Shown here: one piece after another, positions 39,803 to 51,747 of the stretch
Layout: each line of letters begins with the position of its first letter
Numbering within the stretch: the stretch's first letter is position 1
From: Selaginella moellendorffii
Lineage: Eukaryota; Plantae; Lycopodiophyta
Reading direction: 5' to 3'
NCBI RefSeq assembly: GCF_000143415.4
Contig: NW_003314403.1
Span: 66,316 to 130,315, forward strand
Length of the DNA: 64,000 nt
Program-made: the position numbers and the translations under genes
The notes under the pieces: generated by a model
Seen by the model: the letters and a program-made list of their open reading frames with translations, nothing else
Databases searched by the model: none
What the model was told of the DNA's origin: nothing

Positions 39803-42800
39803 ATGGTAAGTCTTTTAGGCCAAGTAGAAAATGGCATGAGGCCACATGCCATTCAGTAGCAACATTGGCATGCACCGATTGGGCTCTCGAGTGCAGTCCG
39901 GTTACAGATGGCGTGTAGCCTCACGCCATCTTAGGATGCAGCCTCAAGACATCTAATGCAGTGGTGAATGGCGTGTGGCCTCACGTTATTTCCAGCTACT
40001 AGCTTTTCATCTGTCAGCTCTAATTGTTGTGCATTTCTGAACAGGCGAGGAATTGCGTTCTTCTTCCAGCCACTGTCAATGTGGATGCAGAGAAGGGGGA
40101 GGAGCTCACCAGTTGGACTTTCGGGATGGAAGGCGAGGATCTGAGGCTGTACAACATAGATGGTGGGAGAAAAGAATGCATGGGGATCCTCATCCAAGTG
40201 ACAGACACTCCATGCAGTTCCATGCAAGAATATGGACTGGCACTTGTGGTAGAGACAGCGTCTGCCTTCAAGATCCACCTTGCACATCCTAGCGGCTTCC
40301 CGCAGGGGGGCAGCGGCTATGAGGAATTCCTAGAGGGAGCTAGGGAGAGGTTGTCCAGGAGGCCCACAATTTCAAAGACGCTGCGGGTCTATGAAGATCA
40401 CATGGAATCCACGGACCTCACCTACGGCGATGTTCAAAAACTATATTCCAACATTGAGCCATTGAGAGTGACTCCAGTTCGCGAAGCAAAGGGGAAGGGG
40501 GTCGATCTGGAAACTACCTCGAAGCAAAAAAGGGTGGTCAAGCTCAAGCCGACGTCCGACTCTCCTGCTCCAAAAAAGAAGCTACTCAGTGATGCCATTG
40601 CCTCGGGTTCGAACACTACACCCACCAAAAAGAAGAGCCGCAAAGAGCAGAAAGAACAAGAAGAGGCAGCAAAAATCATCACAGATAATAGTACTTGTTA
40701 CTATTCCAACAAAGTATATACAATCGACGTGAGAAGATGCTGGCAAGTTCAGTAACACCCGACATCGCAGACGTGATCCCCTACTACCGAACAATGAAGG
40801 GCGAGACGAGGTTTCCAGACTTGATCAATAGGAAGGTGTTGGACGATCAGAACATCCGGTTCTATGCCGTCTCTGGGCAGCATTCTAGCTTGGCGATGCA
40901 AGAGATAGTTGTGGATATTATGGTGGGCGAGGAGGTGAAGAAAGTCTTCAAGACAAGAGTTGTCCGCCTGATAAAAGGCAACTCGCCCCTCCGATCTATC
41001 ATATACATCTCCCACGCGCAGAATGTCAACCAAGAAACGTGCTACAAATCGGGTCTGCACGAGACATTGGCACGAACACGGAAGCTCTGGGTTCAACTGA
41101 AGAAGCCACAAAAACCAGGACAAGGACGTGCACTAGCAATTAGCGCCTGGCAGGTAAGCCTCGTTGCATGTGGCATAGCATGTGGCCTCACGCCATTTCC
41201 ATTGCAGGAATTCTCGAGTCTTCTCTCGAAAACACTGGGGGTCAATGACACACTCAGCATCCATAACATTCTACTCGCGACAAAAGTTGTTTTTGACAAA
41301 TGGGTAGATGTGCTGAGGAGGTACCATGACGGGGAGTTACTAAACTCAATGGGTGTGGAGGACGGCCGGAAGCCCAATGATTTGAAGCTCAACGCCTTGC
41401 GTTTCTCGCGGTCTCTAGACGACAACGACCTTCTGACAGTGGCTAATGCTCTTCTACGTGGTGAGGTTGTCTTCAACAAGACCAAAATGACTCCCGGCCA
41501 TATTGTGACATACGAGGACTTGTGCACGACTCTGAGAGCTCATGCGCTATTGAAGGATTGGATCTTCGAGCAAGTGGCCGTGGAGAGGGTGAGCATCGAC
41601 ACCACGCAAGAGAAGAATGCAATGGAAGCGCTAGATTTGTCAAATGAAGACATCGACGAGTACGTGAAGGGGGCCCCCAAGTTCATTGATCTGCTGCGGG
41701 ATGCCACGAAAAGTAAAGCTGAGAAGTTGGATCAGTATCCAAATTTCATTAAGATTGATGTCGACCGCCAGCTTCAGAAACAGCTCGACCCCGCAGTAGA
41801 GGCCTATCGAGAACCTTACCGGGTATACTTGAATTCGGATGAGGATCAAAGGTGGAGGAGCATCGTTTCCCGCGGAGATGAGCAGGTCAAGAACATTTTT
41901 TGTGTGATGGACTTCACAAACGAGGAGATCACTCATGCAGACGAAGTCAGCTCCATCATTAACTTAATGGTGGGACTTGCGGAGGTGGAATCTTCAGTCC
42001 ACTATATGATCTACGACTGCGAAACCTATCACAAGTTCTGGAAGGCCTTAAACGAGGTGAAGGCTCGGTTTAAAGGCAAGGAGATGCGGGAGATCCATGG
42101 GATAATGGCTAAGAAGAAGATACCGACGAATGTCTGCATCTTCACACTCGCCCTTGTTATTGGTCCTGCAGCAGAGTGGGACTGGAGTGACTTCCCAGCT
42201 TCGTTCGACAAGGCCAATCGAATTGATCTGAGGGAGGTCAATTTACCCGTGCCTGAGGAACTGAAGACGGCTATGGAGCTTTCGAATCCAAAGAAAGCTC
42301 CAGGTGCAGCATGGGAAATGCTCAGCTGGGTCTTCAACGCAATAGCGGGTGGGTCACCTGCTTCTGACTCCAAGGGCAAATGCGTTGTCGAGTACAACTG
42401 CGGCGGACTATTCTTTCAAGCCGCACTACTCAAGGGTGTCCCGTGTGTTGCGGTGACAAACTCCATTGAAGAGGTGACTTCAATGGAGCATATAATTACA
42501 GTTGCCAAAGAAAAACAGTATCTTCTCTGCGAACCTAGTGAGTACGCACTTTAAGTTTAAATGTTAGCTCACAAGCTCTGTATGCAGGAGCGTGGCCACC
42601 CCCAGATGCGGAAACGGCGTTAACAGCTACTGTTGAAGATACCCATGTTGGGCCGAGCTCACAACCTGCACAAGGTAAGGTCACGTGAGGCCTCACGCCA
42701 TTTTGATTATAGATCATTGTGAATATTCAGACACGAGGACTGAAAAGCGCACTGGTGGCGCGTCGAAGAAGGACAAACAAACAAGCAATAGGAAAAAAGG

Positions 42801-45373
42801 AGGTACAAATTATATTTGCAATGGCATGTGGTCTCATGCCATTCCTTGCAGGAGACACTTCTTCAAAGGCAAAACAGGCAAGCACTAGCCAAGCTCAAAC
42901 TGACAGTGGTCATAAAAAGCGAAAGCACGTTGGACAGTCGTTGGGATCAGAGGCGTTTGATTCGAAAAGGAAGAAGGGCAACGAAAAGATGATAGGTAAT
43001 GCCTCGCGGTTATGGCGTGTGTGCTCATGCCATTCATTGCAGATCAAAGGCTGAGTGAAAGCAGGCAGTCACCACCTCCTGACTCAGATTCCTATGGCGG
43101 ACTCCCCTTCCCCAATCTCAATGGAGAGGTACAATGGATGAGGGATGCTTTTCAAGTCAGGGCCACGTTTTTCTCATCTCGTCGTCTTCGAAGGGTGCAA
43201 GAACGTGCAGAAACCATGTTAAGACAGTCGGGTGAGAATACGGTCCTAGGTCACGCACTAAAACAAGCTATGGATGTCTTGTATTTTGAGATGGAGACTC
43301 GGCCAGATGATTTTCCCAAGATGGTCCTGGAAGAACAAGCCATCCAGCCTGAGCAGCCTATGGAAGAAATGCAGGAGGGGGATGAGGAGCCAGAGAAAGA
43401 TAATGAGCAGGAAGAGCAGAAGGACGAAGAGGAGGACAAAGAAGAGGAGGACAAAGAAGAGGAGGACAAAGAAGAGGAGGACGAAGAGGACTTGGATGGT
43501 CCTCACAATGGTGACGATCACAATAACGACGACGACGATGATGACGATGGCCAGCCTGAGGTGGCCAAAGAGCAGCGGAGGAAGGTCATACAAGACAAAC
43601 CATCAGGTAAATAATAGTACATCCATTCCTAACCTTTTACCATTTCTAACATTGTCCATGTAGGTCGCAGAGCAAATGGTAAGTAGAGATTATTCAATTG
43701 AATTTACAAACTCTAGCCTTTAGTGTCGAGGAAGGATAGTGCCAAGCAAGGGTCGAAACGTATGTCCAATCCTTCAGAATCAGCAGTGCGCCCAAGTGAT
43801 ATCGGTCCTAGTTCCTCAATAGCAGTTGATGGTAAATACAGTATAGTCGATTCAATGTGCTAATGAGTTTGTTTTTAGTAGCACGGGAGGATACCATCTC
43901 AATCGAAGGGAGATATTTGGACATGCATATGGATCTACCAGTGGACTCTACTTGCCTGCAAGAGTCATCAGAGCTGGTGGACGCTACTATCCATATCAAC
44001 GCCAAGCAAGCTGACCACGCTCCACTTGATGCTGCCCATACCACTGAGTCAATCTTGTCCACGTATCCAACTGACGGTGACCAGGCGCCATTGGACCCAC
44101 ATGAGGCTGCCCCAGCTGCCGAGCCGGTCGTATCCTCATTTCCAACGGACTCAACGTGTGCCCAATCGTCTGACTACGCGCCGTTGGAACCTCCCTACAC
44201 CGCCCCTGCTGCCTGTTTGGTCATGTCCACTTTGCCAACGGAGGCACCAGCTGAAATGGCGTGTGATCACACGCCATCGGAACCACCCCATGCCACTGTT
44301 GAGCCAGTTGTACCAGAGTCTACAGCTGAAATGGCATGTGCCCACACGCCATCGGATGCGATTGACCCCACATTGCAGAGGAGAGTATTTCCGCCCTTCA
44401 CGTTTCCTCGACCAAAACCCTCTCAACGACCATCGGGAGCACCATTCGCTAATATTGTAGATGGTAAAATTGACTTGTACCATTTTTTATGCTGATGCAT
44501 TTCATTTCAGAGTCACGGCGAAGGTACTGTATCATTTTTGATCTGAATGGTGTCCTTTTCTCCCATGAGCGTGGCTCGTCCTCGAATGTCATTGCACCCT
44601 CCAAAGCCTGCGGTCGCAAGTTGGTCAAAAGAGACAGATTCACATTAATCACACAGGAGAAACTGCGGGATCTAATAATGACCATGTGACACTTAAAACA
44701 GAGGGCCGAGTTCAATTTGCAATTGGGAGTTTGGACATCCATGATGCGCCACAATGCATTAACGTTGCTACATATGATGCACGATCAGACGCGAGTAATA
44801 TTACCATTTGACTTTCTCCTAACGCAGGAGGATTGCTTGACTATGGTCCATGTGAGGGGTAGCAAGCCCATCTTCGTCAAGCCAAAGGCTGTAGTGATGA
44901 ACTGGACTGCTAGGTCAAGTGAAATCCTCATCATCGATGACTCGCTGATTAAAACTGCAGCGAACACGCACACATATGCAGTGCACCCCATCTCTTGCAG
45001 TATGGAAACTAGGGAGAAGAAACCGTATGTTCTGGGGGACCTTGCAAAACGGCTTGGAGCGATGGTGATAGAGAACCGGCCAGTCCAGGAGGTGGCTGCA
45101 GAAATCAACCAAATGGCAGATGGAACGGTATATCAGAAGCCATTTGATCGGACAAACAGCAGTCATCATTTATGGCATGTATATTGTCTAGCCAAGCACT
45201 ATCCGCATCTCCATAATCTGCTCAACCGGATGGGTTCTTCGACCACTGAACATGAGCGTGGACGTATTAGAGAAGAGATGGCATTACTATTGGGTTTAAA
45301 TCCTAATAGTGTGGAGAGTGATGAAATTCCAAGATTATTGTATAGGCGTTGGAGGCAAAAAATAACAGTCTGA
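39803..45373 (+). pseudogene. 11-exon cargo gene, copy 3 (~1650 codons reconstructed)
   Basis: Exons 39803-39805, 40045-41153, 41208-42537, 42588-42674, 42731-42802, 42852-42995, 43043-43606, 43664-43678, 43724-43831, 43882-44463 and 44511-45373; all introns GT-AG and phase compatible. Lesions are a 70-nt deletion at ~40733 and CGA>TGA at 44687. Confidence 0.75.
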
Positions 45374-48300
45374 GATGGCATGTATTTATTTAAAAATATA
45401 ACTTATTATGGCATGGGGTTCCATGCCATTGTATTAATATTAAAAGACAATTCTTTGAGAGGATTTGCATTATACTAGAAGTGTTACAGCATGTTATTGG
45501 AAGTCTACGAAGTTGTTTTATTAATAAGGGGAAAGTAAAGATTGAATGGGGACTTGGGCTCCACCTAGACTCGGAGCAACTGAGCCAATATTAAAAGGAT
45601 GGAAAGAAATTGGACAATGATGACAAGGAGAAGAGAGAGGTGAAGCAGTGGCAGAGGGAGGAGAAGTGATTGAGTAGACATTTCCTTGTTTAAAATAAAA
45701 TGGCATGTGCCTCAATGCAGTTGAATTTTGTTATATTTATATACTATATAAAGGTTTGGAAACCTTATTTTACAAGTAGGATAATGACAATTCCCACTTT
45801 AACGAAATAGAGCTTTAGAGGGTTTGGTGAGCTCCAAAAGTATAGTAGGGGGAGGACTCTAGTGGAGCCAGTTTGGCCAAGAAATGCCAGTTTGGCCAAG
45901 AAAGGCCAATTTGGCAAAAGAAGGCTGTACCCAGATGTTGGGTGATGGGATAACCACTAGGAAGTCCAAGACTAAAGTGAATATGGATTGACAAGCAGGG
46001 TAACTTGGTGAAGTATTCAAGAGCCGACTCTAGTTCCCCCAAGAGATCGAATGGCCGATGCTCCCAATCCAAGTGTGGGTGGCACTACCTACTTGGATAC
46101 CTGGCATGGCTCAACAGAACCTCGCTCTAAGCTCATGGTTAGAGCACCTAAAGGTGGAAGGTGGGGAGAGTACCCATGGGGCTTGCGTAGGGCCACGGTG
46201 TTCCGAAATATTGTGCTGAAGTCCCAAACTAGGGAAAGGAGGAGGAGCAATCCTCTAATGTAGTGACTAAGGATATAGTCACATGGTGAGGAAGTCCCAG
46301 AAGACAATGGGACTTAGTGGCCGGGCTTGTGAGCCTTGATCTAGTGGCAGTGTTGACGAACATGGCCATGGACAGAAAAAAGACTTGGTAGGAACTTACA
46401 AAGGGATATTGGGGAAGGCTATTCCCCATGTTTGTGAGCTTCCTAAGGATGCTAAGGAGTGGATCGGGGATGACAACTTGTGGATGGATGGCCTAGTCTT
46501 GGAGAGGTGGGACTATGATGCAAGTGCACCAGTGCGGCAAAGGTGAATGGGCATGGCCTTAGTGTAACAGGCCGATATGTTAGTGGTACCTTTGGGTGTC
46601 AGTCATGGGATCGGACACATGGAACACTTGGGCCAAGTGCAAAGGTTGAGTGGCAGGGATGCCATTCTCGGGGCTAGCATGCCCAAGTCTAGAATAGGAC
46701 TTATAGAGGTTGTGAGTGAGACTCCTCCAAATGGTCAGAGATATGGTTAAGTGACTAAAGTAGAATAGAAAAATTTAGTCGCTTATAAGTTCATGACGAC
46801 TCCTTCCCAAAAGAATCCTAATGGAAATAGGAATGGCATAGTCTAAGCTGGAAGGCATGCAATTAGAGTGTGGTGACCTAAATAAGGATGGAAGTGTGGA
46901 AGCACTAGCAATGAGTTGTAGGACTTGACAACTAGTAGGTAACTAAGCAAAAGGTGCAAAATAATTGGTTAACTGGTAGAAGGTAACTACCTAAGACTTC
47001 TTATTAGGATAAGGAAGTTAAATAAACCCTTATAGGGGTGAAATTGTTTATGTTGCGATATAATAAATCAATGTCGTAAAGGGAATGCTCATTGTCAAAG
47101 AGGCCATCATTGGGACACCCAAACACTCTAGAACACCAGGAGGTGGTGTTTGTTTTCGTGAGGACACAAATAAAGCCCAAGGGACAAAATCCCTAATGAA
47201 TAATGGATAGAAGGTGTTATCCAAATGTCCAAGGTTGTGGAAACCAGAGAAGTTTGTCTACCCGAATTGGACAAAGCCAAACATGGGATTTTGGCAAGGC
47301 TGATAATGGGGCATATAAAGGCCCATAAGTAGCAATGTTAATCTCGGTGTGTGGGATTATAAGGTGAGCATACCCGAATTGAGGAACCACTCCCTAAGCT
47401 ATTAAGTGAGTTCATCCCTATGAATACTTGCTAAGACATGGTAGAAAGTGTAAAGCTATCCTCTTAGCCTAGAGGAAAATAACTGAAGGAAATGTGTGAA
47501 GCCAAAAGCAAGTAGTAAAGGGATAGAACCGGACTATAGGAATCGATGGGCATAACCGAAGGTGGTTATGCAAGTTGGGAGTGGAGAATTGAGTGGGTGC
47601 TCGAGCATCTTGTTACTAGCGACTAGGATGCCATGGAGAGTCTAAAACATGGGATGGTCCATATTTGACTATATGGCAATTGGAAGGCTTGCGAAAGGAG
47701 ACGCCTTAGCAAGTTAAGGAACAGAGTTCCTTGAAGGTTCCTCTAGGTAGATAAGTACCTAGAAATCCAAGTGTAAATAGTTCATAAAGCACGCGAAATT
47801 AAAGTGGCACAGCAGAAGCGTGGTCTTGAAGCTTGCCAAGATGTAAGGCTATCAAAGTTAAGGAAGTAATTCCCGAGTGTTTAAAGAGAGGGCTTTGAAT
47901 GAAAGTCGATGGTTAAGGACTTTCATGCTTATGCATGAACCATGTTACGGTGGTCGGATGACTTGTTAAGTGAGATTGGCAAGTCGAGGGAACAAATACC
48001 CTATTTGAAGGAGCCAACTTCAAAGGGGTGGCCTATGGGGCCAAGCATGGAGGAGTCCATGCATGATCACAGACTTGTTAGGTGAGAGGACTTGGCAGTG
48101 CAGAGGAACTAGGTTCCTAAGTCGTGATCTGTAGTGTGCTTTAAGTATAAGTTGGTGCATCGGTGTGGGGAGTCACGCCAAGCATTCTGTGTGATACCAT
48201 CCGTAGATGCATATACGAAGGTTGGGTTCGAGTCTCGACCCTTTAGTGTTTGGGTTCGAGTCCCAACTCACTAAAGTGCGGTGATGGTTCAGAATATGAG

Positions 48301-48813
48301 GACACTCATTTTTCGGTGGTCATGGACTCTTAGTAAGGAGACTAGCTTGGGCACACCGTCAAGCGGGGGATGCCCCAGAGTCATAATGCATAGTTAGATT
48401 GCTTAGTGTGGATCGGCATATCTAACTTAAACACTTTGGTGCAAGTAGCACCAAGGGCGTGGTGAATGAGATGGGGACACCCAATCTTAGTTGCTATGGA
48501 CCCTTGGTTGGAAGAGCTAACTTGGGTGCATAGCTAAGTGTGGGGTATGCCCCCGGGGAACTTAAAGGTTTGGAAGACCTAGTACCTATTGACAAACCTA
48601 TTAAGGTGCCAAGGTTAAATTACTAAATCATCTTATGGCTAAAACAAGGACAAAGTCCTTATGAGGTTAAGGAATAAGATTCCTAGTTTAAAGTGTCGAC
48701 TTGAACTGTTAGTAATGGTGTGGCTTAGTCAAGGTGACCAAATGGGAAGGACACCAAAAGGGAAATCAGTTATGCCAAATCAATGGTATAGCGAGTCTAA
48801 GAAAGTGGCCTCT

Positions 48814-49932
48814 TGTAAGCCACAAATTTTTCCTTTCCAATTTGCCAACTTACCTCGTCTATCCGACCGACACTACCTTGGCTTTTGCTAAGTTCCCAGG
48901 CCAAGGTTCCCGTCTATTGTACCAACTCCTACTTGGTCCTACTTGGTTTCAGCTACTCACTGCACAAGCAACAGAGCGTTAGCCATCCATCCACGGATTC
49001 CCAAATCTCTTCCAATCCCCCTCCCCGGGTTAGACTGAACTTAAGGTTCAGCTAAACTCCCCGCAGGCACAAGCAACCAAGCACACCAAGCCTCCATGTA
49101 CCTAACATCCCTTGGTACAACAAGACTTGATCATGGGACCCTCTAAATCCTACGCCTTGGGTGCAACATTTGCTTCGGGATGCCAGGGTAAACATGGGGC
49201 CTAAAGGCCCGGTATGGGACTCTAAAGGCCGCCTTCCCCCCCCCCCCCCCCCCATCTATCCCAAAGGGAAGGCCCAAGCCCCTAGGAAGGGCGAGGACTA
49301 ATGAGCCACAAGGTACTCAAGTGGGGCACCATTCCACATAAGCTGGGAGCACCGCAGTTGGTTTCCCTTTCGGGAGTGGGAGCTACTCTTGAGCACTTCC
49401 TTAGGTGGCCCCTCTGACACCACTCGAGTTCACTCCCACCCAAAGCCCCTCAACCCCAGTCTCAACCTTAAATCAGTTTGGAAGCACCATTGGAGAGTTC
49501 CTTCAAGACTGGTTCTTGGACCTCACTATCCCTACTATACTTTTGGAAACCCCTACAGCCCCCCCCCTTGGGAGACGCACGCTTTGGGCTTTCACCCCTT
49601 GACCCGTATTAGTACTCGAACTCAGCCTCAGACTCGATCTCGGACTCGATCTTGGACCCGACTTTGGACTCGATCTCGAACTTGATCTCGGACTTGATCT
49701 CGGACCTGATCTTGGACTCGGTCTCGGACCCGATTCGGATCTCGGACTCAGTCTCGAACTCGATCTCCAATTTGGCCTCGGACTCAATCCTGGACTCTAT
49801 CTCAAACTTGGTCTAAGAGTCCGTATTAGACTCAATCTTCAACTCGGTCCCATCCGATGAACTCTTTGTCGTTTCGATCATGCTTTCGAGGATCCTTTAG
49901 CTTACAACACCCCGGGGAGTTGGTTCCTTACA
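48814..49932 (-). mobile_element. Solo LTR, family B
   Basis: TG...CA ends, 5-bp TSD CCTCT, homologous to 27673-28838. Confidence 0.9.
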
Positions 49933-50839
49933 CCTCTGGAAAAGACCCATAGGAGGGTCGCAAAGTTGAGCCGTCGATGGAGCTTAATGCTAAAGAGACC
50001 TACTAGGGGTGAGCACCCTTTGGACTTAGCAAAATAGAGCTTTTGCCATGGAACCAAAAGGATACTTCAAGAATGGAAGTAGTGATCCTATATTGTTTGG
50101 TGCAACAATCAATGGATAGGAGCAAAAAATTGGTAGCTAAAAAAAGAGGGAATCATGGAAAAGCATCCAAATGGAAAAGTTAGGCCAAGAACACTAAAAT
50201 GTTGGGTGCTAACAGATTGTGGGAAATGCAAATGTGTTTCCAAAGATGGATTCCTAATTGCTCTAATTTGGCAAAAGCGGAAGCTCCAGGGGAAGGAGCG
50301 GTAAGGTAGTCAAATGATAGGGCCATGGACAACCCTAGCACAAATTATAATAATTAGAACTTAGTGCCAAAGGTGGCACGAAATAAAAAAAAGGATGATG
50401 GTGCCCTCAAGTGGAGAACTTCCTAAGATGGGGAAGTGGAATTGCACAATAAGTGCCAAGCAAGGTGTTGGAGACACCTAGGGAATTGACTTCGAAAAGT
50501 CAAAATTAAAAGTTCCAAAGTGCAAAAGTTATACCAATGGAAACTAAGACTACTTGAGAATGAGTAGTAGAATTGAGATAGAGAAGGTGCCTCTAACAAG
50601 TTTAGTGAAAACTAAACCAATAAAAGGAGAGAACCACCACAAGTGGTCAAATGAGTCTCTAAGTTAGAGAGATTATGTTCCTTAGAGGATAGGCAAGGCA
50701 TAGTGAGCCTTCGGTATCAAACCATTGATGAATATTGGCGAGGGGCCAAGGATGGAAAGGGTAATACAAGTAGGTATTACTTTATAAAATAGTTTATTGT
50801 TCGATAAGGACATTGAACTTCGTCTATAGGTGTTGGAGT

Positions 50840-51747
50840 TATGAGACACAAAATCCCTAGGCCCCAAAGTGGAGCCAAAAGGGTGCCACATGGTAGTGGC
50901 TGAAACAAAAGCAAAATGAGTGTAACACGTTTGGACTAAAAGCTTCAACTTGAAAGGTCAAAAGTGGGAGTGGAACTCTCAACAAAGTGCTCAAGGAACA
51001 AGCATGGAGCAAGCAATAAGTGAGTCTTTAGAAAAGGGACCCGAGATGGAGTTCGAGATGGACCCAAGATGGACCCGAGATAGAGTCCGAGATGGACCCG
51101 AGATGGAGTCCGAGACGGAGTTCGAAATGGATCCTGAGATGGAGTCCGAGATGGACCCGAGATGGAGTCCAAGATGGACCCGAGATGGACCCGAGATGGA
51201 GTCCGAGATGGACCCAAGATGGACCCGAGACAGAGTCTGAGGTGGACCTGAGATGGAGTCTGAGATGGAGTTCGAGATGGACCCGAGATGGACCCGAGAT
51301 GGATCCAAGATGGAACCGAGACCGAGTCCGAAACCAGGACCGAGACCAAATCCGAGTCTGAGTCCGAATACCAATACAGGTAGTTGGGTGAAAGCCCAAA
51401 TCGATCGTCCCCCTGGGGGGGCGGGGGGGTAAAAGGGGTTCCAAAAGTATAGTAGGGAGAGTGTGGGGGTTGGATCCCAGTGGAGTTAGTTTGGTTAGGA
51501 AAGGCTAGTTTGGCACATGAAGGCTATGCCTAGGTGCTAGGTGATGGGATAACCACTAAGAAGTCCAAGACTAGAGTGAATACAGACTGACAAGCGGGGT
51601 AGCTTGGTGAAGTGTTCAAGAGTTGGCTTTAGTTCCCCTGGGAGATCAAATTGTCGATACTCCCAATCCAAGTGTGGTGGCACTACCTACTTGGATACCT
51701 AGCATGGCTCAACAAAACCTCACTCTAAGCCCATGGCTAGAGCACCC
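50840..51747 (+). repeat. 5' part of LTR family C, interrupted by family B element
   Basis: TATGAGACACAAAATCCCTAGG matches the start at 33011; GAGATGGACCC array; homology stops at 51747. Confidence 0.8.

Larger units (their letters stand above)
33497..45815 (-). mobile_element. Sola-like TIR DNA transposon, copy 3 (both termini, 12319 bp)
   Basis: TIRs at 33497-33520 (one mismatch) and 45792-45815; TSD TAGA (33493-33496 and 45816-45819). Confidence 0.95.
33011..46787 (+). mobile_element. Solo LTR family C (~1.45 kb) split by transposon copy 3
   Basis: Starts TGTGAGACAC and ends GTCGCTTATA (CA decayed). Flanks GGTTC and AGTTC form a near-TSD, and the halves rejoin as in 31805-31840. Confidence 0.75.

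Noticed and set aside
33724-45720. Palindromic repeats as a CRISPR array
   Set aside because: They are irregularly dispersed and degenerate, with no constant-length spacers and no cas genes, in a eukaryotic context.
46793-48808. Possible coding region between LTRs (also 29820-30860 and 49938-50839)
   Set aside because: Stop-rich with no assignable domain; probably old retroelement interior, but unsupported.
50030-50042. AAATAGAGCTT resembling a TIR end
   Set aside because: Only about 11 nt match, with no subterminal sequence or partner; likely chance.
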